From Mobula birostris (Eukaryota), in NCBI RefSeq assembly GCF_030028105.1, contig NC_092377.1:126684242-126748241 (forward strand): a DNA stretch of 64,000 nt. The letters are read 5' to 3'. The position numbers and the translations under genes are program-made. Below the pieces are notes generated by a model. That model had not been told where the DNA came from. It did not search any database and saw only the letters and a list, made by a program, of their open reading frames with translations. Positions 1 through 12,643 of this stretch are shown piece after piece (the stretch's first letter is position 1; each line of letters begins with the position of its first letter).

Positions 1-696
1 TTAATTTCCCTTCTTGACTGTTGACTCTGCCTGCTTTAATGCGTTGAGTTCGTGCCACATGATTGACCGATTAGATATTTTCATCACCAAGTCGGTGGAG
101 CTAATAAAGTGGCCACTGAGTGCACTAATGTCCTGTACTGTTGCAAAAACTCATCTTTGGGACATTTATACCCGGGGTAGGTCTGCCGTGACAACTTGCA
201 GATAACGACAATGAACTTGACGTTAGATTTTTGAATTTAATAAGCTTATCCTTGAGTCTGGTAGGACCAGTTTCAAACTTTAGTATCTTCTGCCTGACGA
301 GAGCGGGGAGAGGAGAGAATGTCCCGTGTGGGAATGCTCTTTAATACTGTTGGCTGCTCCTCCCATTCTTGCGGGGCCTTGGACACGGTATAGGGGGCTC
401 CGAGTTGCAGTGGGGACATGAGTGAGAGATTGAGAGAAGATTTGGCAAACAGACCCGAGGTATCCCCAGTAGTGTCCGAGCCTGAAGGGTTTAGGTGAGG
501 GGGTACGGAGGTCTCGGAGGATTAGGAAACTCCCAGATAGGTTGACCTATGTAGCGCCTGAGGGACAGGGCGTAAGGTCTACTGTTCGGGGAGCAATGTT
601 TCTGTTTGTACCGGGATTGAGTTTTTGTGCCTGCAGGAAGGGTTGGCGAGTTATTTAGAAGTCATGAGGACATGACTAAATTTGGTGGGGGGAGAG

Positions 697-1432
697 TGTA
701 ATGGGCTTCTTCTTTTATGTTACTGCTAAGGCTAATAAAATGGCTTCGTTGTTATGTTATAATAAAATGGTTTCTCTGTGATGTTAACTGCTGAGACAGT
801 GGTTCTCTATAGCAGCTTGTTTTGGGTTATAATTACTGATAACGAGAATTGTATTCATTTGTTAACCAATTGGGGTAGATGTTATTCTTTCTTGTGTGTC
901 TGTAAGCTATTGTTTTCGCGGGCATTGTGCAGAAGGCGCGATGGGGACATAGAGAGGAGATGCGATGCTGTAAGCTGGGCGAAGGAACGGACCCCGAGCA
1001 GGAGTCCGAGGCCCAGTGTCTTCGGCGATGAGAGGAGACACAGACAAACTCAAGTAGAGTGTTTGGTTGATCACCGAGGGTGGTCCCATTCGTGGGTTGG
1101 CGGAGTTCGGAGGACATCGACTGGAGGAAGGGGGAACCGGTTCTGTAAGAGCTCCAACGATGTGTGCACACAAACTGGATAATAATAATGTCTCCTTTTT
1201 TAAAAAAACAGTTAAACAGTTCTTATTTTGTTCCTTACTATCTACATAGTGAAAGTAAGAGTTATAAAGTGTAATCATTTAATCGCATATGGTGTACTGT
1301 CTGTTATTTGGCGTGTTGGGATACATCACACAGCATCTACACAAACTTGATGACACAGTTTGGCGGGGACCAAGGCCACTCCCCATAGACGAAAGCGAGC
1401 TGAGCGAGCCTGAGGCTTACCAGAGGGCTACA
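697..1432 (+). mobile_element. LTR (probable 3' LTR of a Gypsy/ERV-like element)
   Basis: Purine tract GGGGGGAGAG (687-696) directly precedes TGTAAT at 697; the segment ends GGCTACA at 1432 (TG...CA). The partner LTR is not in the window. Confidence 0.55.
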
Positions 1433-1439
1433 TATATTC

Positions 1440-2050
1440 CAGTCCTCTCAAAATGAATGCTAACATTGCATTTGCCTTCCTCACCTCTTGACTCAACCTA
1501 TACGTTAATGTTTAGGGAATCATGCATGAGGACACCCAAGTCCATTTGCATCTTAGATTTTTGAATTCTCTCCCCATTTAGAAAATAGTAATTTCTTAGG
1601 CCATTCTCCTAATCAGTACAAGTCTTCAGTCTCCCTGCTACCTCAATTCTATCTGCCCCTCCACCCTTCTTTATACCATTGTCAAACTGGGGCACAGAAC
1701 CAATTCTGTCATCCAAATGATTTATATACAACGTGCAAAGAAACACTCCCTAAAACAACTGGCACAGACCACTAGAGACCGGCAGCCTTAATTCCCACTC
1801 TTTGCCTCCTTCCAATAGCTAATGCTGTATCCATGCTAGTTCTTTTCCTGTCATACCATGGATTCTTATCTCTTATCTTATCTTAACATGTGCAGCACCT
1901 TGTCAAAGGCCTTCTGAAAATCCAAGCACAACATCCACAGATTATCCTTTGTCTATCCTGCTTGGTATTTCCTCAAAGAATCCCAAGAGATCTGTCATGC
2001 TAGGCTTTCCCTCAAGCAAACATATGCTGACTGTGGCCTGTTTGATCATG
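1440..2050 (-). mobile_element. CR1-type LINE RT fragments
   Basis: The reverse strand contains decayed CR1 ORF2 motifs, e.g. ttggattttcagaaggcctttgacaaggtg (LDFQKAFDKV). Confidence 0.6.
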
Positions 2051-2061
2051 TGCCTCCGAGT

Positions 2062-3598
2062 TGTCATGGTCCAATCTGTGAAGTCTGCTTTCCAGTTCAC
2101 GGTCCGGTCCATGGACTCAGGACTCTGGGTCTTGCAGCTGTCCCTTGTTTTGGTTGAGTTATTCCTAGGAACCTAATTCCCATCTTGGGGCTTGGAATAT
2201 AAGTAGCCTTGGGGTCGAGTGTGGGCTACTGGTTTGTGTTGTCAAGACCCCCTGGGAGAAACCTGCCGGAGGACGGCTAGAGTGGCCACTTGCCATCTTC
2301 AGGTCATGCTGGACATCCATCGCTTCATGGAGCCTTGATGTCAGTAGTTGGAGCTGTCTTTGCTGTATGTATTCCGCCGTTTCCCGGGCCAGCTGAGTGG
2401 CCATCCTCCATTCCGAGTGAGGTAGGGATCCGGCCTTTTCTGTAGCCAGCCAAGGTTGCTGGCCGTAACTGCGACTCGGAGCAACCCCTATGCAGAGATG
2501 GAACTGTCTGTTGTGCATCGGTGTTTGTCTCTTCTTGTCCTCGCCTCCAGAGGGTAAGTCAGGCAGTTCAGCTATTGCCCTGTGGGGCATTTGTCTTGTC
2601 TTGTCCTCACATCTGTGGGGTAAGTCAGGCCATTCTGCCATTACCTGACGGATGGACCTGTCCCACCTTGGTATGGGGATAAAGTTGAGTCCCCACTTTT
2701 TGAAGGGTAAGTCCCGGCTCTATGTTGATGTACATTTCCCAGTCTCTGATCCCCAGCCTCCGAGTTACCAGCCTCCAGCCTCAAGCCTCAGACTCCAGAA
2801 CCTAGCCTCAAGCCTCAGGACCCAAGACCCCAGCCTCAAGCCTCAAGCCTCAAGCCTCATCACCCAAGACCCACGATCCCAGCTTCAACCCTCTAGCCTC
2901 AGGACCCAAGACTCACGACCCCAGCCTCCAGCCTCAAGCCTCAAGCCTCAGGACCAAAGACCCAGGACCCCAGCCTCAATCCTCAAGTCTCAGGACCCAA
3001 GACCCACGACCCAGCCTCAATCCTCAGGGCCCAAGACCCACGACCCCAGTCTCAAGCTTCAGGACCAAAGACCCACGACCTCAGCCTCAAGCTCAGGGCC
3101 TAAGACCCACGACCACAGTCTCAAGCCTCAGGACCAAAGACCCACGACCCCAGCTTCAAGCCTCAGGACCCAAGACCCACGACCCCAGCCTCAAGCCTCA
3201 AGCCTCAGGACCCAAGAGCCACGAACCCAGCCTCAAGCCTCAAGCCTCAAGCCTCAGGACCCAAAAGCCACGACCTCAGCCTCAAACATCAAGCCACAGG
3301 ACCCAAGAGCCAAGATCCAAGCCTCAAGCTTCAAGCCTCAGGACCTAAGACCCACGACCCCAGCCTCAAGCCTCAGGACCCAAGACCCACGACCCCAGCC
3401 TCAAGCCTCAGGACCCAAGAGCCATGACCCCAGCCTCAAGCATCAAACCTCAAGCCACAGGACCCAAGACCCACGACCCCAGCCTCAAGCCTCAGGACCC
3501 AAGACCCATGACCCCAGCCTTAATCCTCAAGCCTCAAGCCTCAGGACCCAAGACCCACGACCCCAGCCTTAATCCTCAAGCCTCAAGCCTTTCTGACA
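2062..3598. mobile_element. LTR-like element with internal minisatellite; same family as 48382-49348
   Basis: Starts TGTCATGGTCC...GTGAAGTC...CCATGG, matching the reverse complement of the end of the 48.4-49.3 kb element; ends ...TGACA. No TSD found, so the right end is uncertain. Confidence 0.5.
2750..3590 (+). repeat. Heptamer-based ~35-bp minisatellite (CCTCAAG-CCTCAGG-ACCCAAG-ACCCACG-ACCCCAG)n
   Basis: Directly visible tandem array with gains and losses of 7-bp subunits. Confidence 0.9.
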
Positions 3599-3828
3599 AT
3601 ACCGTGCGGTGATTGTTGAAGTGGGGTTCCCGGTGCGGGAGTCGTGTTGCGGTGAGGTGTGCAGGCGTGGGGTGGGGGTGGGGGTGGGGTGAAGAGCCTG
3701 TGTAGCGAAACAGCTGAACCGACGCCGGAGGATCTACCTGGAACGCGACCTGTCACTACCGAAGGAAGCGGGAGGTTGAGTTAGGAACTGGACCGTCGGG
3801 AGGAATAGTGACAGAAAGCGTCGGGGCA

Positions 3829-4040
3829 AAACACACAAAATGCTGGAAGACCTCAGCAGGTAGCATATATGGAAGTGAATAAACATTCGATGTTTGGGGC
3901 CGAGAGGCTTGCTTTCCAGTCCTGCTGAAGGGTCTCTGCCCCAAATATCGAATGTTTACTCTTTTCTATAGATGCTATCTGGCCTGCTGAGTTCCTCCGC
4001 ATTTTGTGTGGTTGCTTGGAGTTCCAGTTTCTGCAGGTTT
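3829..4040. mobile_element. Penelope pseudo-LTR inverted-repeat (hairpin) element
   Basis: Arm cacacaaaatgctggaagacctcagcagg pairs with arm cctgctgagttcctccgcattttgtgtg. Related arms recur at about 16390-16570, 52200-52250, 52960-53110, 55940-56290 and 63830-63950. Confidence 0.75.
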
Positions 4041-4453
4041 TCTCGACTTAGTGAAACGTGTGAACGACAGAAAGTTAACGAGACTTGTAAAGCTAATCGA
4101 AAGAATCGCCAAACATGCGATAAACTACAAAAACATGATAGTGAAAAAATAATCTAAAAAGCAAATCTTTGCATGAACCTTAAGGTGTTCGGTATAGGTA
4201 TGAAGTTTCGCTTGGGTGGATGCTCAGCTTGTGCAGAACGCCTCGGGGAATGGAACATTCAATGCCACTGTACGTATAGCCTACATTAGAATAAGGAACT
4301 ACTTTACGTTAGATAATGCATGTGTTGAGTTATACTTGTGCGTACGGAGTACGCCGTAGGGCTGATTACTTTTGTGTAGCCCTACGCCGTAGCGAGCATG
4401 CGTAGGTGTGTCTGCGTCGCTCTGAATGCGCGCAATCCGCGTAGGTCACTTGC

Positions 4454-7325
4454 AAATACAAAATAAACTGCAGATGCTGTAAAAGGTCAAAGCAACTCTT
4501 TCAGTACGCTGGATGAACTCAGCAGGTCGGGCAGCATCAATCGAAACGATGAGTCGATGTTTCGGGCCGGAACCCTTCGTCAGGACGGAAGAATGAAAGA
4601 TAGGGAAGGATTTAGTCATAGTCATAGTCATACTTTATTAATCCCGGGGGAAATCGGTTTTCGTTACAGTTGCTCCATAAATAATAAATAGTAATAGAAC
4701 CATCAATAGTTAAATAGTAATATGTAAATTATGCCAGTAAATTATGAAATAAATCCAGGACCAGCCTATTGGCTCAGGGTGTCTAACCCTCCAAGGGAGG
4801 AGTTGTAAAGTTTGATGGCCACAGGCAGGAATGACTTCCTATGATGCTCTGTGTTGCATCTCGGTGGAATGAGTCTCTGGCTGAATGTACTCCTGTGCCC
4901 ACCCAGTACATTATGTAGTGGATGGGAGACATTGACCAAGATGGCATTCAACTTGGACAGCATCCTCTTTTCAGACACCACCGTGAGAGAGTCCAGTTCC
5001 ATCCCCACAACATCACCGGCCTTACGAATGAGTTTGTTGATTCTGTTGGTATATGAAGAATGCTTGTAGCGTCAGTTGAGGGACCAGTAATTTGAAAGAC
5101 AAAGGGATGGGGGAGGGGAAGCAATGACGTCATAGCCCTGAAAACATTGGGTGGTAGAAGAAGGAGGTGGAACCATGAGGGAGTTGGGAGAGGGGGTAGA
5201 GTGAAATAGGGTTAGAGGAAGGGAGGGGGAGGGAATTACCAGAAGTTGGAGAATTCTATGTTCATACCAAGGGGCTGGAGACTACCAAGACGGTATATGA
5301 GGTGTTGCTCCTCCAGTCTGAGTTTAGCCTCATCATGGCAGTAGAGGAGGCCATGTATGGACATATCTGAATGGGAATGGGAAGCAGAGTTGAAGTCGGT
5401 GGCTGCCGGGAGATCCTGTCTGTTGTGGCGGACGGAGTGGAGATGCTCGACGAAGCGGTCCCCCAATCTGCGTCGGGTTTCACCGATGTAGAGGAGGCCG
5501 CACCGGGAGCACCGGATGCAATAGATGACCCCAACAGACTCACAAGTGAAGTGTTGCCTCACCTGGAAGGACTGTTTGGGGCCCTGAATCGTTGCAAGAG
5601 ATGAAGTGTAGGGACAGGTGTAGCACTTACGCTTACAGGGATAAATGCCAGGTGGGAGATCAGTGGGGATGGACGTGTGGATAAGGGAGTCGTGGAGGGA
5701 CCGATCCCTGCGAAAAGTGGAGAGGGGTGGAGAGGGAAGGATGTGCTTAGTGGTGGGGTCCTGTTGAAGGTGGCGGAAGTTGCAGAGGATAATGTGCTGG
5801 ATCCGGAGGCTGGTGGAGTGGTATGTAAGGACAAGGGGAACACTGACCCTGTTGTGGTTGCGGGAGGATGGGGTGAGGGCCGAAGTGCGGGAAATGGAGG
5901 AGATGCAAGTGAGGGCATCATTGATGATGGTAGAAGGGAAACCACGATCCTTAAAGAAAGACGACATTTGAGATGTCCTGGAATGGAAAGCCTCATCCTT
6001 GGAGCAGATGCGGCGGAGACAGAGGAACTGGGAATAGGGAATGACATTTTTGCATGTGGTGGGGTGGGAAGAGGTATAGTTGAGGTAGTTATGAGAGTCA
6101 GTAGGCTTGTAGAAGATGTCAGTGGACAGTCTGTCTCCAGAGATGGAGACCGAGACATTGAGAAAGGGGAGAGAAGTGTCCGAGATAGACCAAGTGAATT
6201 TGAGGGCTAGGTGGAGGTTAGAAGTAAAGTCGGTGAAATTGACGAGCTCAGCATGGGTGCAGGAAGCAGCACCAATGTAGTCGTCAATGTACCGAAGGAA
6301 AAGTTGGGGAGCAGTACCAGAATAGGTCTGGAGTACAGACTGTTCCACATAACCAACGAAGAGGCAGGCGTAGCTGGGTCCCATGTGAGTTCCCATAGCT
6401 ACACCCTTAGTCTGAAGAAAGTGGGAAGAGCCAAAAGAGAAGTTATTAAGTGTGAGAACCAGTTCTGCCAACCGAAGGAGGGTAGTGGTGGTGGGGAACT
6501 GGTGAGGTCTATTATCCAGGAAGTAGCGGAGGGTTTTGAGGCCTTCTTGATGGGGAATGGAGGTGTATAAGGATTGGACATCCATAGTAAAAATGTAGTG
6601 GTTGGGACCAGGGAATTGGAAGTTATTGAAGAGATGGAGGGCATGGGATGTTTCCTGGATGTAGGTGGGGAGGGACTGAACTATGGGTGACAAAATGGAG
6701 TCCAGGTAGGCAGATACAAGTTCGGTGGGACAGGAGCAGGCAGAAACTATGGGTCTACCGGGACAGTCAGGCTTGTGGATCTTGGGGAGGAGGCAAAACC
6801 GAGCAGTATGGGGTGCGGGAATTATGAGTTTAGTGGCTGAGGATGGAAGGTCTCCTGAGTTGATAAGGGCGGTGATGGTACGGGAGACATTAGTTTGATG
6901 TTTTCTGGTGGGGTCCTGTTCCAGGGGTAAGTAAGAAGAGGTGTCAGAGAGCTGCCGTTTTGCCTCAGTGCGGTAGAGGTCCGTCCGCCAGACTACTACG
7001 GCACCACCTTTGTCAGCAGGTTTGATGGTGAGGGTGGGATTAGTGCAGAGAGAGTGGAGGGCAGTGTGTTCAGAGGGAGTGAGGTTGGAACAGGAGAGAA
7101 GAGTGGTGAAGTTGAGACGGTCGATGTCTCAGCGCCAGTTGGAGATGAAGAGATCGAGTGCAGGTAGAAGGCCCGGGCGGGGTGTCCAGGAGGAGGAGGA
7201 GGGTTGAAGACAGGAGAAGGGGTCATCTATAGCGGGAGGGGAATCCTTGCCAAAGAAGTAGGCTCGGAGATGTAGGCGACGGAAGAAGAGTTCAGTGTCA
7301 TGGCAGGCACGGTATGATAGGTATG
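4454..7325 (-). mobile_element. Penelope-like retroelement, 5'-truncated, RT + GIY-YIG endonuclease
   Basis: ORF 5236-6693 has RT motifs (GVAMG, FLRYIDD) and GIY-YIG (GVIYCIRC...YIGET). The N-terminal part (KPADKGG, LLPKIHK) extends to ~7310 with one stop and one frameshift. Flanked by 13-bp direct repeat GTAGGTCACTTGC at 4441-4453 and 7326-7338. Confidence 0.95.
4613..5049 (-). mobile_element. Rex1/Babar-type LINE 3' end inserted in the Penelope 3' end
   Basis: Encodes SHPLH...RSTFSQRL...RKSFLPVAIKLYN, followed by AATAAA and an (ATGACT)n tail. Confidence 0.75.
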
Positions 7326-7887
7326 GTAGGTCACTTGCGTAGGTTACCGCGTCGAGTTAACGCAGAAGTATAATCATTCACCGCCAAAGCGCTAGTTGGC
7401 TGTGGGGTTTCTATGCCACTGTGAGTTTCTTCGTGAGGGCAAGGAAATGCATTTCAAATATTATCGGATGTCGGCAGGTAGAGTTGATGATTTGGTTCGT
7501 TGTCTCCAACCATTTATTTCGCGTCAGGGTACAGACTTGATGGAGAAAAGCAACCGGAAATGCATAGGAGGAAATGCGATGCTACGAAGCGGACCAATAT
7601 CAATTGTTGCGGTCTGTGTCGCCAGGACGCGTGATTGCGAGGTGCACATCATCCTACGGCATACATTTGATGCTGAAGTATAAATTGGGCTTAAGGCGCG
7701 TATTGCTATGTGTGTGTGTGTGTGTGTGTCAAGTTCGGACTCTAACAGTAAAGAACCATGAAACTTAGTTCCCGTTTCCAGCGTTTTCATTAATAACATA
7801 GTTATGTAAACAGGCCACATACACAACAAATTGGTGATGAGAATTATGAACCTACATCTTATCAGAACGCCGTGTTTTAGTTGATAA

Positions 7888-8893
7888 TGTCACGTACCCC
7901 GTGACGGGAATAAAGAACCAGCAGAGATGGAAAACACTTTGGAGTCCAGTATTGCTATTAACTAATAATATTTATTAGTAACTATGCAATACAGTAATAT
8001 AAATGTAAATAAATCAAACAGGTTAGCAATGATTATATAGAATAATATATAATATGCAAGTATATCTGTAAGTGTGGAAATATATGTATGAAAAACCAAG
8101 CTTCTTTAAGTCTAGGGGTAAAAAGATATGCTCTTACGATGATGAGTAAAGTTCAGTTCAGTTCAGTTTGTGGTATTTCGTTGAGTAGTGATGGGGAGAG
8201 AGAGAGAGAGAGAGAGAGATTTGAGTCTTCAGGTGAGCTGATGCAGTCAATCTTCTCGTTGTCCTTCAAAGTCCTTTAAAAGTCACCGACTGTGACTTTA
8301 ACAAAGGGGACCGGTTTTCTGTGGTGGAGCTATCCCCCAGGCGAGGGTGGACACATGGACAACTCCCCACCAGTCAACCCTTTTCTTTTCCACTGCAAGA
8401 GCAATGGATCAATCTGCCTGATCGATTCTCCAAAACCCACTTTTTCTTCGGGCACAACAATGCTCATTCAGTGTCCCGATCATGTGTCTGAGGTCTATCA
8501 TCTGACCTCCTATTTTATCTTCCCGTGCTGAGCATCAACTGTCACTCAAATAACTCCTCCTTCCTCTCTCTGTGAAGAAAATGCAAGCAGGCAAAAGTCC
8601 TTGAAGAAGTATCAATAACCTGCCGAAAATCATAACATCAATTGTCCATTTAATAACGCCCTCGGTCACCATAGCAACTTACGAGCTGCTCGGTGCTATC
8701 TCCACTTTAGCAGAAATCCAAAAGTTAACGAGTTCTTTCTCGTGCCTTAAAGTGACAGTCCAACAGTCAGTCTTTGTCTCTCTCTCTTCAAAACAAGATA
8801 TCGATGTTAAATATCTCTCTCTCTCTTTTCAAAAGCACAGTTAATAGGGGTAATCGAGCACAGTTCAAAGGGGTAATTCAGGACCCCGTCACA
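7888..8893 (-). mobile_element. Solo LTR with 4-bp TSD ATAA; family of the 43.6-45.6 kb Gypsy
   Basis: TGTCAC...GTCACA termini; ATAA at 7884-7887 and 8894-8897; sequence matches the reverse complement of the LTR pieces at 43611-44308 and 45421-45650. Confidence 0.9.
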
Positions 8894-9071
8894 ATAATGA
8901 CACTCAGAAAAGAGAGAGAAGGGAGATGGAAAGGAGTGACACACACATCTAGACGGAGTGCGCTCATTGCGCTAGCAAAAAGGACACGTGAGTCAAGTGA
9001 AACGTGCAATGACGTGTCCCTGAAACGTGTAAAGAAAACAAGGAAAAACGGGCTAAATTATCATAACAAAG

Positions 9072-12000
9072 ATGGCGATGATTGGAGTCATTACAGTATT
9101 TGATAGTGGCATTGAAAACTGGGTAACTTACATTGAAAAAGTGGAGTTATATTGTGATGCTAACGGTGTTAATGATGAAAAGAAAGCCAGCGTCTTACTC
9201 AGTGTTATGGGAGCAAAAACATAGGGGCTGCTACGGAGCTTGTCAATCCCTGAGAAGCCAGCTGACAAAACGTTCAAGCAAATAGTAGACACTCTCAAAA
9301 CAGCATTCAAACCCCAAACCACTGGTAAATATTGTTGAAAGATTTAAATTTCACAAACGGAATCAGAGCAAAAATTAAAGCATTTCTGAATATTGTGCTG
9401 AGTTGTGCAAATTATCAGAACATTAACAGTTTGGAGCTGGTCTATCGGACACATTGAGGGACAGGTTAGTGTGTGGCCTGCACTGTGAAACCACACAGAA
9501 GAACCTTCTGTGTGAAAAAGACCTTACATTAGAGAATGCGCTAGAAATTGCAATATCACTGGAAATGTGCAGCACGGGGTGCTTCAAAGATACAACAAAA
9601 ATCTCTGGAATATGCTGCAAGTAAAATGTCACTGAACAGAAATGAAGGGAAGCAATGTAACCGCTGTGGGAGCATGTCACATGACCCAGAGGACTGCTAG
9701 TTTAAAGACAAAGAATGCAGAAACTGTGGCAAACAGGGCCACATTGGCAGAGTATGCAAAGCTAGTAAACAGCAGAAAAAGAACAAAGTACAGGGAAACA
9801 AGAAACCCCAGAAAGGGAAACACAACAGTACACAAAATGAAGGAAAGCAGTTCTGATGAAAATGACTCAGACAAAAGTGAATTGTCTTGTCTGCAACTTC
9901 ACAGTGTGAAAGAGACAGATGATCGAAGAGTAATATGGATCACTCCACAAGTGGCAGGCACGAGACTGAAAATGGAGTTGGACACAGGCTCAGCTTTAAC
10001 AGTGATCTTTGCATACGACTACAAATGACTGCCTCTCACATACCTCTGCAACAAACGAAACTACTGCTAAAGACTTACACAGGACAGGGAGTGTGTCCCA
10101 AAGGTAAAATTAAAGTGACAGTGACCTACAGAGACAAAACACAGCAGCCGAACCTCTATGTACTGAAAAATGGAGGACAACCATTGCTGGGACGTGAATG
10201 GCTCAGGAAAATCCAGTTGGATTGGCACACCATCAAGGCACTAGATGTGTCAGCAAAGGAGGGCAGCAAGGCTACATCTGAGAGACTGTCACAAATTCTT
10301 GCTGACTCTGAGGAAGTTTTCATGAAAGGAACAGGAACACTTCAGGGCATGAAGGCAAAGACTGAGATTGAGGAAAATGCATGTCCAAAATTTCACAAAG
10401 TCAGACCAGTGCCATCTGCAATCCATCCACAGTACAGGCAGAGCTGAAAAATCTGGAGCAGACTGGGGTCCTGCCAAAGGTGAGTTAGAGTGAATGGGCC
10501 ATGCCTATTGTTCCAGTGATGAAGAAAACCTCCAGCACAAAACCAGGAAAACCAAGCAGTGTGGGCATATATGGAAACTTTAAAGTGACTGTTAATCCAG
10601 TTCTCCGCACAGTACAGTATCCTCTACCTTGTATTGAGGACATCTTTGCTTCTCTCTCAGGAAGGGAACATTTCACAAAAATCAATTTGGCCCAGGCTTA
10701 TCTCCATACGAAAATTGATGAAGCATCTAAGAAATGGCTGAAATAAATGCACACAAAGGACTTTATCAGTACAATAAGTTGCTGTTTGGGATAGCATCAG
10801 CTCCTGCAATCTGGCAAAGGGCAATGGACCAGGTTCTGCAGGGGATTCCAGGGCCCAGTGTTACCTAGATGACATCATTGTCACCAGCAAAGATGACGAC
10901 AAATATATTTCTAAACTTGAACAAGTGCTCACCAGGTCATGAGAATATGGGCTCAGAGCTAATCAACAGAAATGTGAGTTTTTCAGAAGGAAATCTCATA
11001 CTGTGGGCATGTGATCAACAAGGATGGCCTACATATGTCTCAAGACAAGATAGAAGCGGTGCTTAGGCACCACCACCTGAAAATGTGTCGCAGCTGAGAG
11101 CATATCTTGGTCCAGTGAACTGTTACCACAAGTTCTTGCCTAACCTATCCACAGTCCCACACCCACTAAATGTACTATTACAGACAGGGACACGATGGAA
11201 GTGGACTGAGAGCTGTGAGAGAGCGTTTGAAGAAACTAAAACACTCATAACTTCAGAAGGGGTGCTCGCACAATTTGACCCCTCTTTACCAATCCGACTG
11301 GCTTGTGATGCCTCACCCCATGGGATAGGAGCTGTGTTATCGCACAAGTTTCCAGATGGCTCAGAAAGACCAATAGCCTTTGCCTCGAGAATGCTAACTT
11401 CAGCTGAACGCAACTACGCACAGATTGACAGAGAGGCCCTAAGCCTCATTTGGGGATTCAAGATATTCCATCACTACCTGTATGGTCAAAAGTTTACCCT
11501 GTTGACTGACCATCAGCCTCTCGTGTCAATCTTCAACCCAAGAAAAGGCGTTCCAGTGATGACACAGTGATGACAGTGATGATTGAACACAAGGGGACCA
11601 AGCAACATGGTAACGCAGATGGCTTGTCACGTTTACCACTACTGACTTCTGCAATAACTACACAAATGGATTCAGCAGAGGTCTTTCACACAATAGGTGA
11701 ACAAACAGCCTCATTGAAAGAGAAACACGCAATGACCGTATGTTGTCAAAAGTGTATGACATCACGGTAAAGGGATGGCCAGCACATGGAAACACTGTTT
11801 CCAGCCTTCTCAGCAAGGAAGGAACAGTTGTCAGTGTGTCGGCGAACAGTAATATGTGGTTAAATGAAGACAATCACATCGGAAAATACCATTACAGTTC
11901 TGAGGGCCATGTTCGCCAGGAATGGCATACCAGAACAAATCTGCACAGACAATGGATGACAATTTGTCTCTGAAGAATTCCAAAGTTTTGTGAAGAACAA

Positions 12001-12643
12001 TGGAATCAAGAACTTTACATCGGCTCCTTACCATCCATCCACAAATGGCTTGGCAGAAAGATTTGTGCAGACATTCAAGAAAGCCCTCAAGGCAAGGGAC
12101 AGCGAAAATCAATCACTGCAACACAAGATACACAACTTCCTCCTTGCCTATCATGCAACCACTAATCAGACTCCAGCGATGATGTTTCTGAACAGGAACC
12201 TGAGATCCCGCATAGATCTTCTCAAACCAGATGTACGGCATGATGTGGAGAACAGACAGTTCAAACACTTGAACGCTAAGTCAACATGGAGCTTCAGTGA
12301 GGGACAGTCCGTTCTTGCACGTGATTACTCGACTGAAAAGTGGCAGCCGGGTACTATTTCCGCCATAGACAGGCCACTGATGTATACAGTGGAGGTGGGA
12401 GAGAACGTATGGAGACGTCGTGTGGACCAAATCCTGGATGCTCAGGTGAAAAACACAACACCTCATCCAGAATCCCCTGACATAGAAGCAAGCACTCCTC
12501 ATGTGACCACATCAGCCTCATCTACAGATAAGCCTGTCAGCAGTGCTGATGTATCAGTGGAGACTCACTCCCCAAAGCAAACGTTTCAGGACAGACGTTA
12601 CCCGGAGAGGCAGAGAAGGCCTCACCAGAGACTTGAGCTATAA
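9072..12643 (+). pseudogene. Gypsy gag-pol, frameshifted with stops
   Basis: Gag start MAMIGVITVFDSGIENWVTYIEKV; protease LKMELDTGS; RT PIVPVMKK, QYPLP and YLDDII; RNase H LACDASPHGIGAVL; integrase APYHPSTNGLAERFVQTFK. Confidence 0.92.

Larger units (their letters stand above)
4330..7691 (+). mobile_element. Non-autonomous PIF/Harbinger derivative, interrupted by Penelope
   Basis: 7410-7510 translates LREGKEMHFKYYRMSAGRVDDLVRCLQPFISRQ, resembling a Harbinger transposase N-terminus. TIR core ttatactt (4330) / aagtataa (7676-7683); right end followed by TAA. Confidence 0.55.

Noticed and set aside
2652-3572. 306-aa ORF as a real protein
   Set aside because: It lies within a T-poor minisatellite in an LTR-like element; stop scarcity explains the open frame.
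2750-3590. CRISPR-like array
   Set aside because: No unique spacers; this is a eukaryotic tandem repeat. The same applies to 61420-61980.
5262-6644. Several overlapping ORFs of 77-199 aa
   Set aside because: They are antisense or alternative-frame shadows of the Penelope RT ORF.
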